A stretch of 64,000 nt of DNA from an uncultured Acidobacteriota bacterium (GTDB taxonomy: Bacteria; Acidobacteriota; DATKUA01). The stretch spans positions 4,148 to 68,147 of the forward strand of contig CAYOXX010000004.1 of NCBI GenBank assembly GCA_964408025.1, read 5' to 3'. Position numbers and translations under genes: made by a program. The notes beneath the pieces were generated by a model that saw only the letters and a list, made by a program, of their open reading frames with translations, was not told where the DNA came from and did no database searches. Of the stretch, positions 9,978 to 19,266 are shown piece after piece (position 1 is the stretch's first letter; every line of letters begins with the position of its first letter).

Positions 9978-11112
9978 GATCAGCGCAGCCGCAACCGCAT
10001 TCAGCATCTTGCTGCTGCTGTGCGGAATCCTCGCCACACCCGCTGCGGCGCAGGAGTGGGACCTGAGCGGCTACCTGAAGACGCTCTTCATTGGAAGCCG
10101 CACCTTCTTCGACGAGGATTTCTCCCTCGCCACGCACCGCCTGCGCACGCAGCTAGTTTTCAGACCCATCAGCGCGGTAGAAATCCTGGCGGCTCTGGAC
10201 AACCAGCTTCGCTGGGGCGGCTACCTCGGCACGGAGCAGCACGCCCTCGCCCGGCCGCTCGAGGAGCGCTACTACGTCGACATGACCCTCACGCCCTACG
10301 ACAACACCGCGGCCCAGTGGCGCGCCGAGTTCTACAGGCTCTATCTGCGCGCCAGCGGCGAGGCGGCCGACCTTTGCATCGGCCGCCAGAGGATCGCCTG
10401 GGGCACGGGGCGGCTCTGGAATCCGACCGACCTCTTCAACCCGGTGAGCCCGCTGGCGATCGAGCCGGCCGAGAAGCGCGGCGCCGACGCGGTGGCGGTG
10501 GCCCTGCGGCCTTCTGCAGACGTGCGCCTCGAGCTGGCGGCAGCGGTGGGAGCGGACAGGGACGACGTCCGCTGGGGCGCCCGCGGCGGCACCACCGTCG
10601 GCAGCTACGACGTCTCGCTGATGGCCGGACGCTTCCGCGACAGCGACGTCATCGGCCTCGACTTCTCCGGCTACCTCGGCGACGCCGGCTTCCGCGGCGA
10701 GTTCACCCACACCTGGGATCCCGAGCGCCGCTACCTGCGCGGCGTCCTCAGCTTCGAGTATACGTTTCCCCCAGGCATAGACCTGCTGTGCGAGTACCTC
10801 TACAACGGCGGCAACATCGGCGAGATCACTCCGGAGGCGCTCGACAGCCTCGCCATCTTCGACGCCATCACCACCCTCAACCGCCACTTCCTGGCGGCGC
10901 GCGTCGGCGGATCCGCCTCCCCGCTTCTCACCGTCGGCCTGATGGGCATCGTCGAGCTTGAGGACGGCGGACTCTTCCTATCCCCCACCCTAACCTACTC
11001 ATGGAAGCAGGACCTCGACGTCACCATCGGCGCCCAGCTCTTCTTCGGCGACAGCGGCGATTTCGCGCTCGGCAACCACGCGGTCGTTCTGGCAGCGGAG
11101 TGGTATTTCTGA
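9964..11112 (+). CDS. outer-membrane beta-barrel protein (porin-like), fourth gene of the Lol-like/ABC cluster
   Basis: It has a signal peptide ending AAAQE, alternating-polarity beta-strands and a C-terminal aromatic residue (EWYF). It overlaps the ATPase gene by 14 bp. Confidence 0.5.
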   Translation: MKSRKISAAATAFSILLLLCGILATPAAAQEWDLSGYLKTLFIGSRTFFDEDFSLATHRLRTQLVFRPISAVEILAALDNQLRWGGYLGTEQHALARPLEERYYVDMTLTPYDNTAAQWRAEFYRLYLRASGEAADLCIGRQRIAWGTGRLWNPTDLFNPVSPLAIEPAEKRGADAVAVALRPSADVRLELAAAVGADRDDVRWGARGGTTVGSYDVSLMAGRFRDSDVIGLDFSGYLGDAGFRGEFTHTWDPERRYLRGVLSFEYTFPPGIDLLCEYLYNGGNIGEITPEALDSLAIFDAITTLNRHFLAARVGGSASPLLTVGLMGIVELEDGGLFLSPTLTYSWKQDLDVTIGAQLFFGDSGDFALGNHAVVLAAEWYF

Positions 11113-11141
11113 ATCCGGGGCGAGACGGGACGAATGGCGCT

Positions 11142-12026
11142 TTATCCACTCAGCCGGGTAGTGATCCGATCCCCTCGCTCGGCGTCCAGAGTATCCGCGG
11201 CGGAGCCGCCGCGCACGGCCAGCTCCAGGTAACCGCCGCTGCTAAAGAGTAGGAACGGCACCTCGCGCGGGCCGGCGGCGTAAAAATCAGCGAAATCCTT
11301 GACCGACTCTCCGGCGATAGTCGCCGCCATAATTTCCGGCTTCAGGCCGGCAGCGGCGAGGTGCTCGGCGCGGATGTTGGTGATCAGGTTGCCGAAGCGG
11401 TCGACGTGGATGATGGCGCCGCGAACCTCCCTCTCGGCGACAATCACCTCAGGGAGGTCCAGCTCGACCGGCTTTTCAATCGGGGGGCCGACCTCATCGA
11501 GTGGCATACCCGAAGCCAGTGCCGCGGCTGTAGGAGCGAAGATATCGCGGCCGTGGAAGGTGGCGCTGACCGGAAGGCGAAGCAGATCTTCGGCCGCGAT
11601 CCGACGTGCGCTCCATTTTTCTGTTTCGCGCAGGATGTGGGTGAAGACGCCGTTGTCGGGGCCGACGAAAAACTGACCCGCGGCGGCCAGAGCCATCGGC
11701 AGGCGCTCCGAACCGACACCCGGATCGACGACGGCCAGGTGGACCGTCCCGGCTGGGAAATCCCGCCAGCAGCCGGCCAGCAGGTAGGCGGCCTTGGCGA
11801 TGTCGCGGGGCAGAACGTCGTGGCTGATGTCTACAAGGACGGCTTCCGGGAATCGGGTAAGGATAACTCCTTTCATCGCCGCGACGTAGTGATCGCGGGT
11901 GCCGAAGTCGCTCAGCAGCGTTACTATTGAGCTCACAGTTCCCACCGAGAAAATCTGACAACGGAAGTATATCTCATCGAAGCCGGCCGCATAAATGTAG
12001 AGCCCGCTCGCCACGGGCTCATTCAA
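11142..12026 (-). CDS. SAM hydroxide adenosyltransferase (DUF62; fluorinase/chlorinase-family SAM-cleaving enzyme)
   Basis: Family signatures are SIVTLLSDFGTRDHYVAAMKGV, VDPGVGS and HVDRFGNLITNI. A GTG at 11936 (..GTVSSIVTLL) is a plausible alternative start. Confidence 0.7.
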   Translation of the reverse strand: MNEPVASGLYIYAAGFDEIYFRCQIFSVGTVSSIVTLLSDFGTRDHYVAAMKGVILTRFPEAVLVDISHDVLPRDIAKAAYLLAGCWRDFPAGTVHLAVVDPGVGSERLPMALAAAGQFFVGPDNGVFTHILRETEKWSARRIAAEDLLRLPVSATFHGRDIFAPTAAALASGMPLDEVGPPIEKPVELDLPEVIVAEREVRGAIIHVDRFGNLITNIRAEHLAAAGLKPEIMAATIAGESVKDFADFYAAGPREVPFLLFSSGGYLELAVRGGSAADTLDAERGDRITTRLSG

Positions 12027-12045
12027 AACAGAGAGTAATTAATCC

Positions 12046-13683
12046 CTAATGCCTGACCAGTGCTCCGACGCCGCCCTCGGAACGCGTCTCGATGACGACA
12101 TTATTGCTATCCAGCATCGTGCCGGTAGCCCTGTCGTAATCTACGAGGGCTCTCTGGTAGCGTGCCAGGGCCAGTATGACGTTGTAGCGGGCGGTTGCCA
12201 GGCGGTTCTGATACTCGAGCACCTGGAAGTTGGTGCTGCTGCCGACCGCGAACTTCCGCTGCTCCGCTTCGAGCTGCCTCTCGGCATACACGAGCGCGCG
12301 GCGCCGCGCTTCGAGCTGGGTGATGCTGATCTCCAGCTCGCGTATAGCGCTGCGCACTTCGACGGCGATGTCGTAACGGGTCTGCTCGATGCGCAACGCG
12401 TTCTGCCGCCGCTGGACCTGGTTGACCATCATCGAGGAGCGGGCAGTGCTGTTACCGAAGATGTAAGTGAAATTGGCGCCGATGGTCCAGTCGTGGTTCG
12501 TGCCGTCTAAGACGTCGCGGAGCGTGGAGACGAAGCTCAGCGGCAGGCCGGGAGGCGGCTCGGGAGCGAATAACGGATTGGGGATGAAGTTGCCGCCGAA
12601 GCTGAACAGGGCGACATCCGCGGTGAGGTTGAGAGAGGGGAGCAGCTGGTTGCGGGCGTAGGAGATCGAGACCTCGTTGTTCTCGATCTGCAGCTCGAGA
12701 CGCCGCATCTCGGGACGGTTCTCCAACGCGGTCTCCAAGCTCTCGCCGAAGTCGACATCGAGCTCTTCCGGCTCCTCCAGGGAGTCGGTGGGAACAATTC
12801 TGACAGCCCAGTCTTCCATGACGATCGCCTGCTTGAGGCGGTCCTCGGCGCGCTGCAGGTTGGCCTGAGCGTCGACCAGGTCGGCCTCCGCGCTGGCCAC
12901 TCTCTCCTCGGCGGAGACGATCTCGATTGGCGGCAGTGTGCCGACGTTCACCTTCACTCTGTTGATCTCGAGCTGCTCCCGCGCCAGAGCCAGCGCGTCC
13001 TCGGCTACCTCGAGGGCGTCGTAGAAGCTTACCAGATCCCAATAGCGGGTCATCAGGTCCACCAGTGTGGCTACCACCTGGTTCTCGAAGTCCGCTTCGC
13101 TGATATCGACGTTGTTGCTGTTGATGATGATCTGCCGCTCAGTCGCCAACTTGCCGAAGTCGCGCAGGATCGGCTGCGAAACGCCGATCGACCAGGAGTC
13201 GTTGAACATGGGATTGATGGAGCTGGTGATCGAATTGGAGCCGGAGCGGCGCATGTAGAGCGATGTGCTGACGTCGGCGCCGGTGAACAGCCGCCGCGAG
13301 AGCCGCATGATGATGTCCTGATAGTGGGTTTCGCTGCCTCTGAACGAGGAGAACGAGCGCTCGGCGTGGCGGTTGAAGCCGAAGTCGGCGAAGAACGTGT
13401 AGTCGTAGACGGCGTTCGCCCCGATCAGGTTGCCGTAGGCGCTCTCGTTGTCCAGGCCGCGAATCTGGATGTTGAAGTTGCGCTGCAGCGCCAGCGAGAC
13501 CGCCTCCCGCAGGCTGAGCTCCATCGTCCGCCGCTCAACCTCCTGGGCGCGCAGCGGCGCCGTCAGCAGCAGGGCGAGGAAAACGGCCAAGGCCAGGGCG
13601 AGCAGCAGCCGGTAATCCTGGATCGGCAGTGTGGCCGCCGCGGTGCGGCGGTCACTTGTGCGTTCCGGGGAGTGCGTCCACAT
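12046..13683 (-). CDS. TolC-family outer-membrane efflux protein
   Basis: A signal peptide is followed by two outer-membrane-efflux-protein repeats with coiled-coil segments (LSLREAVSLALQRNFNIQI...; ...ARYNVILALARYQRALVDYDRATG). Confidence 0.75.
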   Translation of the reverse strand: MWTHSPERTSDRRTAAATLPIQDYRLLLALALAVFLALLLTAPLRAQEVERRTMELSLREAVSLALQRNFNIQIRGLDNESAYGNLIGANAVYDYTFFADFGFNRHAERSFSSFRGSETHYQDIIMRLSRRLFTGADVSTSLYMRRSGSNSITSSINPMFNDSWSIGVSQPILRDFGKLATERQIIINSNNVDISEADFENQVVATLVDLMTRYWDLVSFYDALEVAEDALALAREQLEINRVKVNVGTLPPIEIVSAEERVASAEADLVDAQANLQRAEDRLKQAIVMEDWAVRIVPTDSLEEPEELDVDFGESLETALENRPEMRRLELQIENNEVSISYARNQLLPSLNLTADVALFSFGGNFIPNPLFAPEPPPGLPLSFVSTLRDVLDGTNHDWTIGANFTYIFGNSTARSSMMVNQVQRRQNALRIEQTRYDIAVEVRSAIRELEISITQLEARRRALVYAERQLEAEQRKFAVGSSTNFQVLEYQNRLATARYNVILALARYQRALVDYDRATGTMLDSNNVVIETRSEGGVGALVRH

Positions 13684-13701
13684 CGATCTCCTCCTCTCTT
13701 A

Positions 13702-14721
13702 TTACCCTCTTAGACGATGATGGCGGGTGGAACGTTCGCTCGCACGAGCGGGCGATTTCGGACCGCGTCGGCGGCCGGCGACGCGCTGCAGCTGGCTCAG
13801 TCGAGTCCAACCCTTCTCGCGCGCCAAATCGATGAGCCGCAGGAAGACGACAGCGGTGGCGGCGGCATCGCCGAGGGCGCGATGCCGCCGCTTGACCTCC
13901 ACTCCGAAGTAGCGGGCCACCGAATCGAGACGGTAGTCCTCGAGGCCGGGGACCAGCGCCCGCGAGAGCCGCACCGTGCACAGGGCGCTGTTGAGCAGCC
14001 CGACGTCAAGGGTCCGCCCCAGCTCGGCGTTGATGAAGTTCATGTCGAAGGGGCTGTTATGGGCCACCAGAACCCTGTCGCCCAGCAGCTCCAGTAGCGG
14101 TGCAGCAACCTCGGCGAAGGGCGGCGCATCGGACACCATGGCGTCCGAAATGCCTGTCAGATCTTCGATCCGGGCCGGGATCGGGATGCCCGGATTGACG
14201 AGCGTGACGAAGTCGTCCACGACCTCACCGGCGTCAACCAGGATGACAGCGATCTCGGTAATCCGGTGCTCCGCCGAGGGCATGCCGGTGGTCTCAACGT
14301 CGACCACGGCGAAGGAGACTTCGGCGATCCCCGGATCGCCTTTGTCTCTCTCTACGAGGACGACCTCGCCGGAGCGGCTAACGCGGATGCGCCCGTCGGG
14401 CGCCAGCCCGCGGGTGACGATGCTGCGGGCTGCCGCCTCGTCGCAGTTGGCCAGCCCGAGCAAATCGCGGCAGACCTCTGCGGCGCCGGCGCGGCCGCCG
14501 GATAGACGCAGGTGAGCGATGATTTTCTCGATCAGTTGCGACTGCGAAGCCAACGCCGTCACGGCTTCCTCCCTGGCCGAAGCGCGCGATTCTACCACAC
14601 CGCGCGCGGCGAGATCACCGGGCTTGTGGGGCCCGAGGCCGCTTGCTATGCTGTCCACAGGGGAGGAGCAGATGGCCGATATCATGACGAAAGAGGAGCT
14701 CGAAGCCGAGCTGACGCGCAC
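13702..14721 (-). CDS. DnaQ-like 3'-5' exonuclease domain protein (DNA pol III epsilon family) with N-terminal extension
   Basis: It carries the Exo I motif FAVVDVETTG, the Exo II motif LVAHNSPFDMNFI and the Exo III motif HRALGDAAAT. The true start is uncertain because the ORF overlaps the pyrE start. Confidence 0.65.
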   Translation of the reverse strand: MRVSSASSSSFVMISAICSSPVDSIASGLGPHKPGDLAARGVVESRASAREEAVTALASQSQLIEKIIAHLRLSGGRAGAAEVCRDLLGLANCDEAAARSIVTRGLAPDGRIRVSRSGEVVLVERDKGDPGIAEVSFAVVDVETTGMPSAEHRITEIAVILVDAGEVVDDFVTLVNPGIPIPARIEDLTGISDAMVSDAPPFAEVAAPLLELLGDRVLVAHNSPFDMNFINAELGRTLDVGLLNSALCTVRLSRALVPGLEDYRLDSVARYFGVEVKRRHRALGDAAATAVVFLRLIDLAREKGWTRLSQLQRVAGRRRGPKSPARASERSTRHHRLRG

Positions 14722-15268
14722 CGGCGCGCTGATGGAAGGGCACTTCCTGCTCGCCTCAGGCCTCCACAGCGGCTACTACCTGCAGTGCGCCCGCCTGCTG
14801 CAGCACCCCGACCTTGCCGAGCGGATCGGCGCGTCGATAGCGGCGCTTTTCCCCGGAGTGGAAATCGACGCCGTGGCAGCGCCGGCCGTCGGCGGCGTCA
14901 TCGTCGCCCACGAGGTGGCGCGCGCCCTCGGCGTGCGCGCCATCTTCAGCGAGCGCGAAGCGGGAGTGATGACCTTCCGACGCGGCCTGGGCATCTCCGA
15001 GGGCGAGGGCGTGGCCGTGGTCGAGGACGTGATAACGACCGGCGGCTCGATCCGCGAGACGATCGAGGCGGTCGCCCGGCTGGGCGGCCGCGTGGCGGCC
15101 GCGGGCTGCATACTCGACCGCAGCGGCGGCGAGGCAAACCTCAGCACTGCCACCCCCCTGAGGGCCCTGCTTACCATCACCTTCCCGACTTACGCGCCCG
15201 AGGGCTGTCCCCTCTGCGCCGAGGGGATGCCCCTGGAAAAACCAGGCAGTAAAATTCAAGCGCGATAG
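14672..15268 (+). CDS. pyrE: orotate phosphoribosyltransferase
   Basis: It has a PRPP-binding motif (VAVVEDVITTGGSIRE) and the conserved N-terminus ...GHFLLASGLHSGYYLQ. I chose the start at MADIMTKEE. Confidence 0.8.
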   Translation: MADIMTKEELEAELTRTGALMEGHFLLASGLHSGYYLQCARLLQHPDLAERIGASIAALFPGVEIDAVAAPAVGGVIVAHEVARALGVRAIFSEREAGVMTFRRGLGISEGEGVAVVEDVITTGGSIRETIEAVARLGGRVAAAGCILDRSGGEANLSTATPLRALLTITFPTYAPEGCPLCAEGMPLEKPGSKIQAR

Positions 15269-15810
15269 GAGAACGATTTAGACAGGCCAACGTCGACGAT
15301 GCCGGCGCCCTAGCCCGCATATTGCACAAGATTCGGCCGCCCGGCGGCCCCTTTTCCCGAATCTCCTTGTTGCGGCCGATTTTGGACCCTTGACGTGGCG
15401 CAGCCACGCCTGCGGGTCCAAAACCGCCCCCGCCGCGACCTTCGGGAAAATCGGCTCGCCGGTGACAATATGTAACCTCACAGTCCAGTGGAGAGAGCGC
15501 TGGAAAGATCAAAATATCAATCAATTATCACCAGAGCCGGCCAAACCTAGTGCAATATGCGGGATAGTAGCGCTGCCCGTCGAAGTCGAGGCAGTAATGG
15601 AATTTCCGCAGCGGGCGCTACCTGTCCTCGGGCAGTTGCTCCTTTACGTCGCCTAAGTTGGAGACGAATAGCCAGTTTCCGATCCGCGGTCAGGCTCGCT
15701 TCCGGGCGCCGACACGTGCGGCTGCCCGCGTGCGAGAAAAAGATATGCAGCGGAGGATTTGCTTTTAGCTCAAACAATGTGAGCGAGGCGGCGTGCAGTC
15801 AAGTAGTCCA

Positions 15811-17772
15811 CTACGCCTCGGCCGCTTCCGGGTCCCCACCCCGGTCGGGACTCTTCAGCAAGGTAAAATGGAAGGCCGCTCCCTTACCCGGCTCTGAATC
15901 GACCCATATCCTGCCGCCGTGGTTCTCTACAACCTTCTTCGCGATGGCCAGGCCGACGCCGGTGCCCTCGACGTCCGCCGGAGCAATCCTGAAGAACACA
16001 TCGAAGATCTGATCCCTGATGGCGGGGTCCAGTCCGACGCCGTTGTCTTCGACTGAAAAGTGGTAGCCGTCGTCATCGTCGATACAGGAGATCTTTACCG
16101 CCAGCGGGCGGGATTGGTCGCGATACTTAAAGGCATTGCCGATCAGGTTGCTGAACAGCTGCTCGATCTGTCGCTCGTCCGCCACCAGCTCGGGCATCTC
16201 CTCGATCTCTACTTCAGCCCCCTCGGGGCCGCACCGTGCGCGCTCCTCCAGCACCACCGTGCGCACCAGTAATCCCAGATCCAGCGGCGCAAACTCGGCT
16301 CCGGCGATGCCGACGCGGCTAAGCTCCAGCAGGTCGTTGATCATCTGCTCCATGTGCCCGAGGTTGGCGACGATGCGCCCTATCAGCTTCCGCAGCGTCG
16401 GATTCGGAGCATCGCCCACCTCTCTCTCGAGTATCTGGACCATCCCGGAGACGGAGAAGAGCGGAGACTTTAGATCGTGCGACACGGTGTAGACGAAGCT
16501 TTCCAGCTCCTTGTTCTTGGCCAGCACCCTGTCCCGGGCCAGCTTCTGCTCGGTTACGTCCTCGCTGAACAGAATGATGCCGTGCAGCTTGCCCTCCAGG
16601 TCGAAGGTGGGAAAGAAGTTGTGGACAAACCAGTGCTCGCCGCCCGGGGGCGCGTGCCGAACGGGGTCCGTACGCCGGCTCTCGCCGGCCAGCGCGCCCC
16701 GGAAGGCAATCTCCAGCGCCTCGTCCGAAAGCGAAGAGCTCGAGCTCAGGCGGGTGCTGCCGACAACCGCGTCCTTGTCGCTCGCGCCGACCAGCCGCAG
16801 GAAGGCTTCGTTGCAATCGCTACATACTCCCTCCCTGTCGAATATTGCGATGCTCACCGGCGAGCCGTAAATGATGCGCTGTAGGAACCTCTCGGACTCG
16901 GCCAGCGCCTTGGTCCGCTCTTCTACCTTCTGCTCCAGCGTCATGTTCAGGGTTGTGATCTCTCTGTTGAGCCGCTCCAGCGCGGCGGTCTTCTCCGTGA
17001 TCTCACTTCGGTTCACGCGTAGCCTGGCCACCATCAGGTTGAACGAGCGCGCCAAAGTACCGAGCTCGTTGTGAACCTTCAGCTCGACGACCGTGTCGAA
17101 ATGGCCTTCGGTTACGCGCTCGGTAGCACGGATCAACTCCCTGGTGGGAGTCAACACGGTCCGCTGTACGGTGAACAGAAACAGCACGGATATGACAGCC
17201 ACCCCGAAGATGATACCGCAGCTAACCAAGCCGAAACTGATGAGGGAATCCTGGAGTTCAGACGTGACGTCGGAGCTGCGGCTGATTCCGACTTCATCAA
17301 GGGACCGCAGGCTCTCCGCCATCGACTCGACACGGGAATTCAACTCCACCAGGGTCTCCAACGCCTCTTCCTCCCGGCCCAGATCCCTGGCGGCGAACAA
17401 CCGCATAGAAAGGTTCTCAAATTGGAAGTGCTCCGCCTTGAGTTCGTTGATCTCCTGCAGCTCCTGCACGCCGGCGCTCGACTCCTCGAGCTGGTAAAAC
17501 TTCTCGTAGACCGCAAAGCTGAGCTCTACGAACTCCTCTTTGTCCTCCTGCCGCTGGTGGAAGTGATAGTGCTGGCTCAGGAAGTATTGGCGGAACATCA
17601 AGGCGGAGATCTCGGTTGACAGCCGACTACTTATCTGCATCGTCTCCGCAGCATCCTGCACCCCGCCGGCGAGGGAAATAGTATGCTGGACAATGTAAGT
17701 GCCGGCCGCGACGAAAATTACGAGCACAAGAAAAAAGCCGGTTACCATAAGGAGCCTGATCGACAGCCTCAC
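15811..17772 (-). CDS. sensor histidine kinase (TM-HAMP-PAS-HisKA-HATPase_c)
   Basis: Two TM segments are followed by a HAMP region, a PAS-like region, an H-box (VSHDLKSPL) and N/G boxes (LIGNAFKY..., GTGVGLAIAKKVVENHGGRIWV). Confidence 0.85.
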   Translation of the reverse strand: MRLSIRLLMVTGFFLVLVIFVAAGTYIVQHTISLAGGVQDAAETMQISSRLSTEISALMFRQYFLSQHYHFHQRQEDKEEFVELSFAVYEKFYQLEESSAGVQELQEINELKAEHFQFENLSMRLFAARDLGREEEALETLVELNSRVESMAESLRSLDEVGISRSSDVTSELQDSLISFGLVSCGIIFGVAVISVLFLFTVQRTVLTPTRELIRATERVTEGHFDTVVELKVHNELGTLARSFNLMVARLRVNRSEITEKTAALERLNREITTLNMTLEQKVEERTKALAESERFLQRIIYGSPVSIAIFDREGVCSDCNEAFLRLVGASDKDAVVGSTRLSSSSSLSDEALEIAFRGALAGESRRTDPVRHAPPGGEHWFVHNFFPTFDLEGKLHGIILFSEDVTEQKLARDRVLAKNKELESFVYTVSHDLKSPLFSVSGMVQILEREVGDAPNPTLRKLIGRIVANLGHMEQMINDLLELSRVGIAGAEFAPLDLGLLVRTVVLEERARCGPEGAEVEIEEMPELVADERQIEQLFSNLIGNAFKYRDQSRPLAVKISCIDDDDGYHFSVEDNGVGLDPAIRDQIFDVFFRIAPADVEGTGVGLAIAKKVVENHGGRIWVDSEPGKGAAFHFTLLKSPDRGGDPEAAEA

Positions 17773-18959
17773 CGCTCGCTCCCCTCGCTCCCCTCACCCC
17801 CTTGACGTCCGGGCGGTGCGACAATCGCACTCGACAGCGCCGGCATTCCCTCCTCGTACGCCAGCACCGACACCCGCCGCCGGCACTCGCCGTCCCGGAA
17901 AATCCTTATCGTCCCGGTCACGCCCCGGAATACCGGACGAGAACCGCCGACTTCGCCGATGTAGCGGCGGATCATCTCCCTGTTCGCGCCGGCGCTACTC
18001 ATCGCCTCGGCCAAAAGGAAAACCGCATCGTAAGACAGCGCGCTCACGCTCTCAGGATCTTGGCCGAACCGTTCCACGTACGCTTGTCTGAAACGCACAC
18101 CTTCAGGCTCGTCCAGATTCGGGTTGTAAAAGGAGGTAACAAAAATCCGGCAATCGCCACGCACATCCATTACCGCTGCAGCGCTTTCTATGTTCAAACT
18201 GCCGTCGCCGCACAATACCGTCAAGCTTAATTCGCTATCTCTAAACAATTCCAACATCCGGACAAGCTGCGGAGGGCTGCCGGTGAAGAAGACAAGGTCG
18301 CACCCCGCCGCCCGGAGCTGCTCGACAACCAACTCCAGCTCCACAGTGCCCTGCCCATCGTACCAGCCGATATAACGGCACTCAGCACCCAGCTCGGCGA
18401 GCCTGTCCAGAAACGCACGGGCCAGGAGTTTGCCATAGTCGTCGTTGACGAAGATCACGCCGATACTGCGCCCCCCCAGCTCGCTCAGCGCCACTTCAGC
18501 TAGATACCGTCCCTGGGCGTCGTCGTTTGCGCATATCCGGAAGATGAACGGCCCTACGTGTGCCACAAGCGGATTGGTGCTGTTGGGAACGAGGTTAACT
18601 ACCTCGTAGCGATTATAAATATGCGCCGCGGGAAGGCTCTCGGCGCTCGTCACGTGACCCACGACAGCGAGAATGCGAGGATCGCGAGCCAGCCTGTCCG
18701 CGATGGCAACCGCCGCCTGCGCCGGCGGCAGGCCGTCGTCGCTCCCCACAAACACCGCTCTCAGTGGGCGCCCGCCAATACCACCACAGGCGTTTATCTC
18801 TCCGAGCGCCAGCTCGATCGGCTCGCGAATCAAAGCCACGTCGGGAGCCCCTATATAGTAGGCTCCCCGAGAGGAGTTGCAGGCGCCCAGAAGGGAGACG
18901 ACGACCAAGGCGCTGCAAACCAGAAGCAGCGACGATACAACGCGCTTGCGAGCAGGCAT
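17769..18959 (-). CDS. periplasmic substrate-binding protein, type 1 (Leu/Ile/Val-binding family, Peripla_BP_6)
   Basis: A lipoprotein-like signal (LLGACNSS) and a type-1 periplasmic binding fold are present. Its start overlaps the kinase stop by 4 bp, which suggests a co-sensor. Confidence 0.65.
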   Translation of the reverse strand: MPARKRVVSSLLLVCSALVVVSLLGACNSSRGAYYIGAPDVALIREPIELALGEINACGGIGGRPLRAVFVGSDDGLPPAQAAVAIADRLARDPRILAVVGHVTSAESLPAAHIYNRYEVVNLVPNSTNPLVAHVGPFIFRICANDDAQGRYLAEVALSELGGRSIGVIFVNDDYGKLLARAFLDRLAELGAECRYIGWYDGQGTVELELVVEQLRAAGCDLVFFTGSPPQLVRMLELFRDSELSLTVLCGDGSLNIESAAAVMDVRGDCRIFVTSFYNPNLDEPEGVRFRQAYVERFGQDPESVSALSYDAVFLLAEAMSSAGANREMIRRYIGEVGGSRPVFRGVTGTIRIFRDGECRRRVSVLAYEEGMPALSSAIVAPPGRQGGEGSEGSER

Positions 18960-19266
18960 AGGCGTCCCTTTTTAGGAAGATTATCCCCGATTGAGCCTAA
19001 TCACAAGGGCCATCTGAACAGCCACGAAAGACAGGTAAGAAGTAATCCCAGCGACTCGATTAGGAACGGCGCTGCGACATGCTTCCAGTGTCAGACGAAA
19101 GCCCCAATCAGCCAGCCCCCAGGCTGTCCTGTGAGGGTCCGGGAAATCCAATTCGGTTGCAGCCGGGCTTAATGCATGGTATCATTATCATACTTTTAAG
19201 AGGGATCGTGCAGTAATTGGCAATAATGCCCGCCATGGCTCATACAACCCGCGGAGTACTTAGGGG

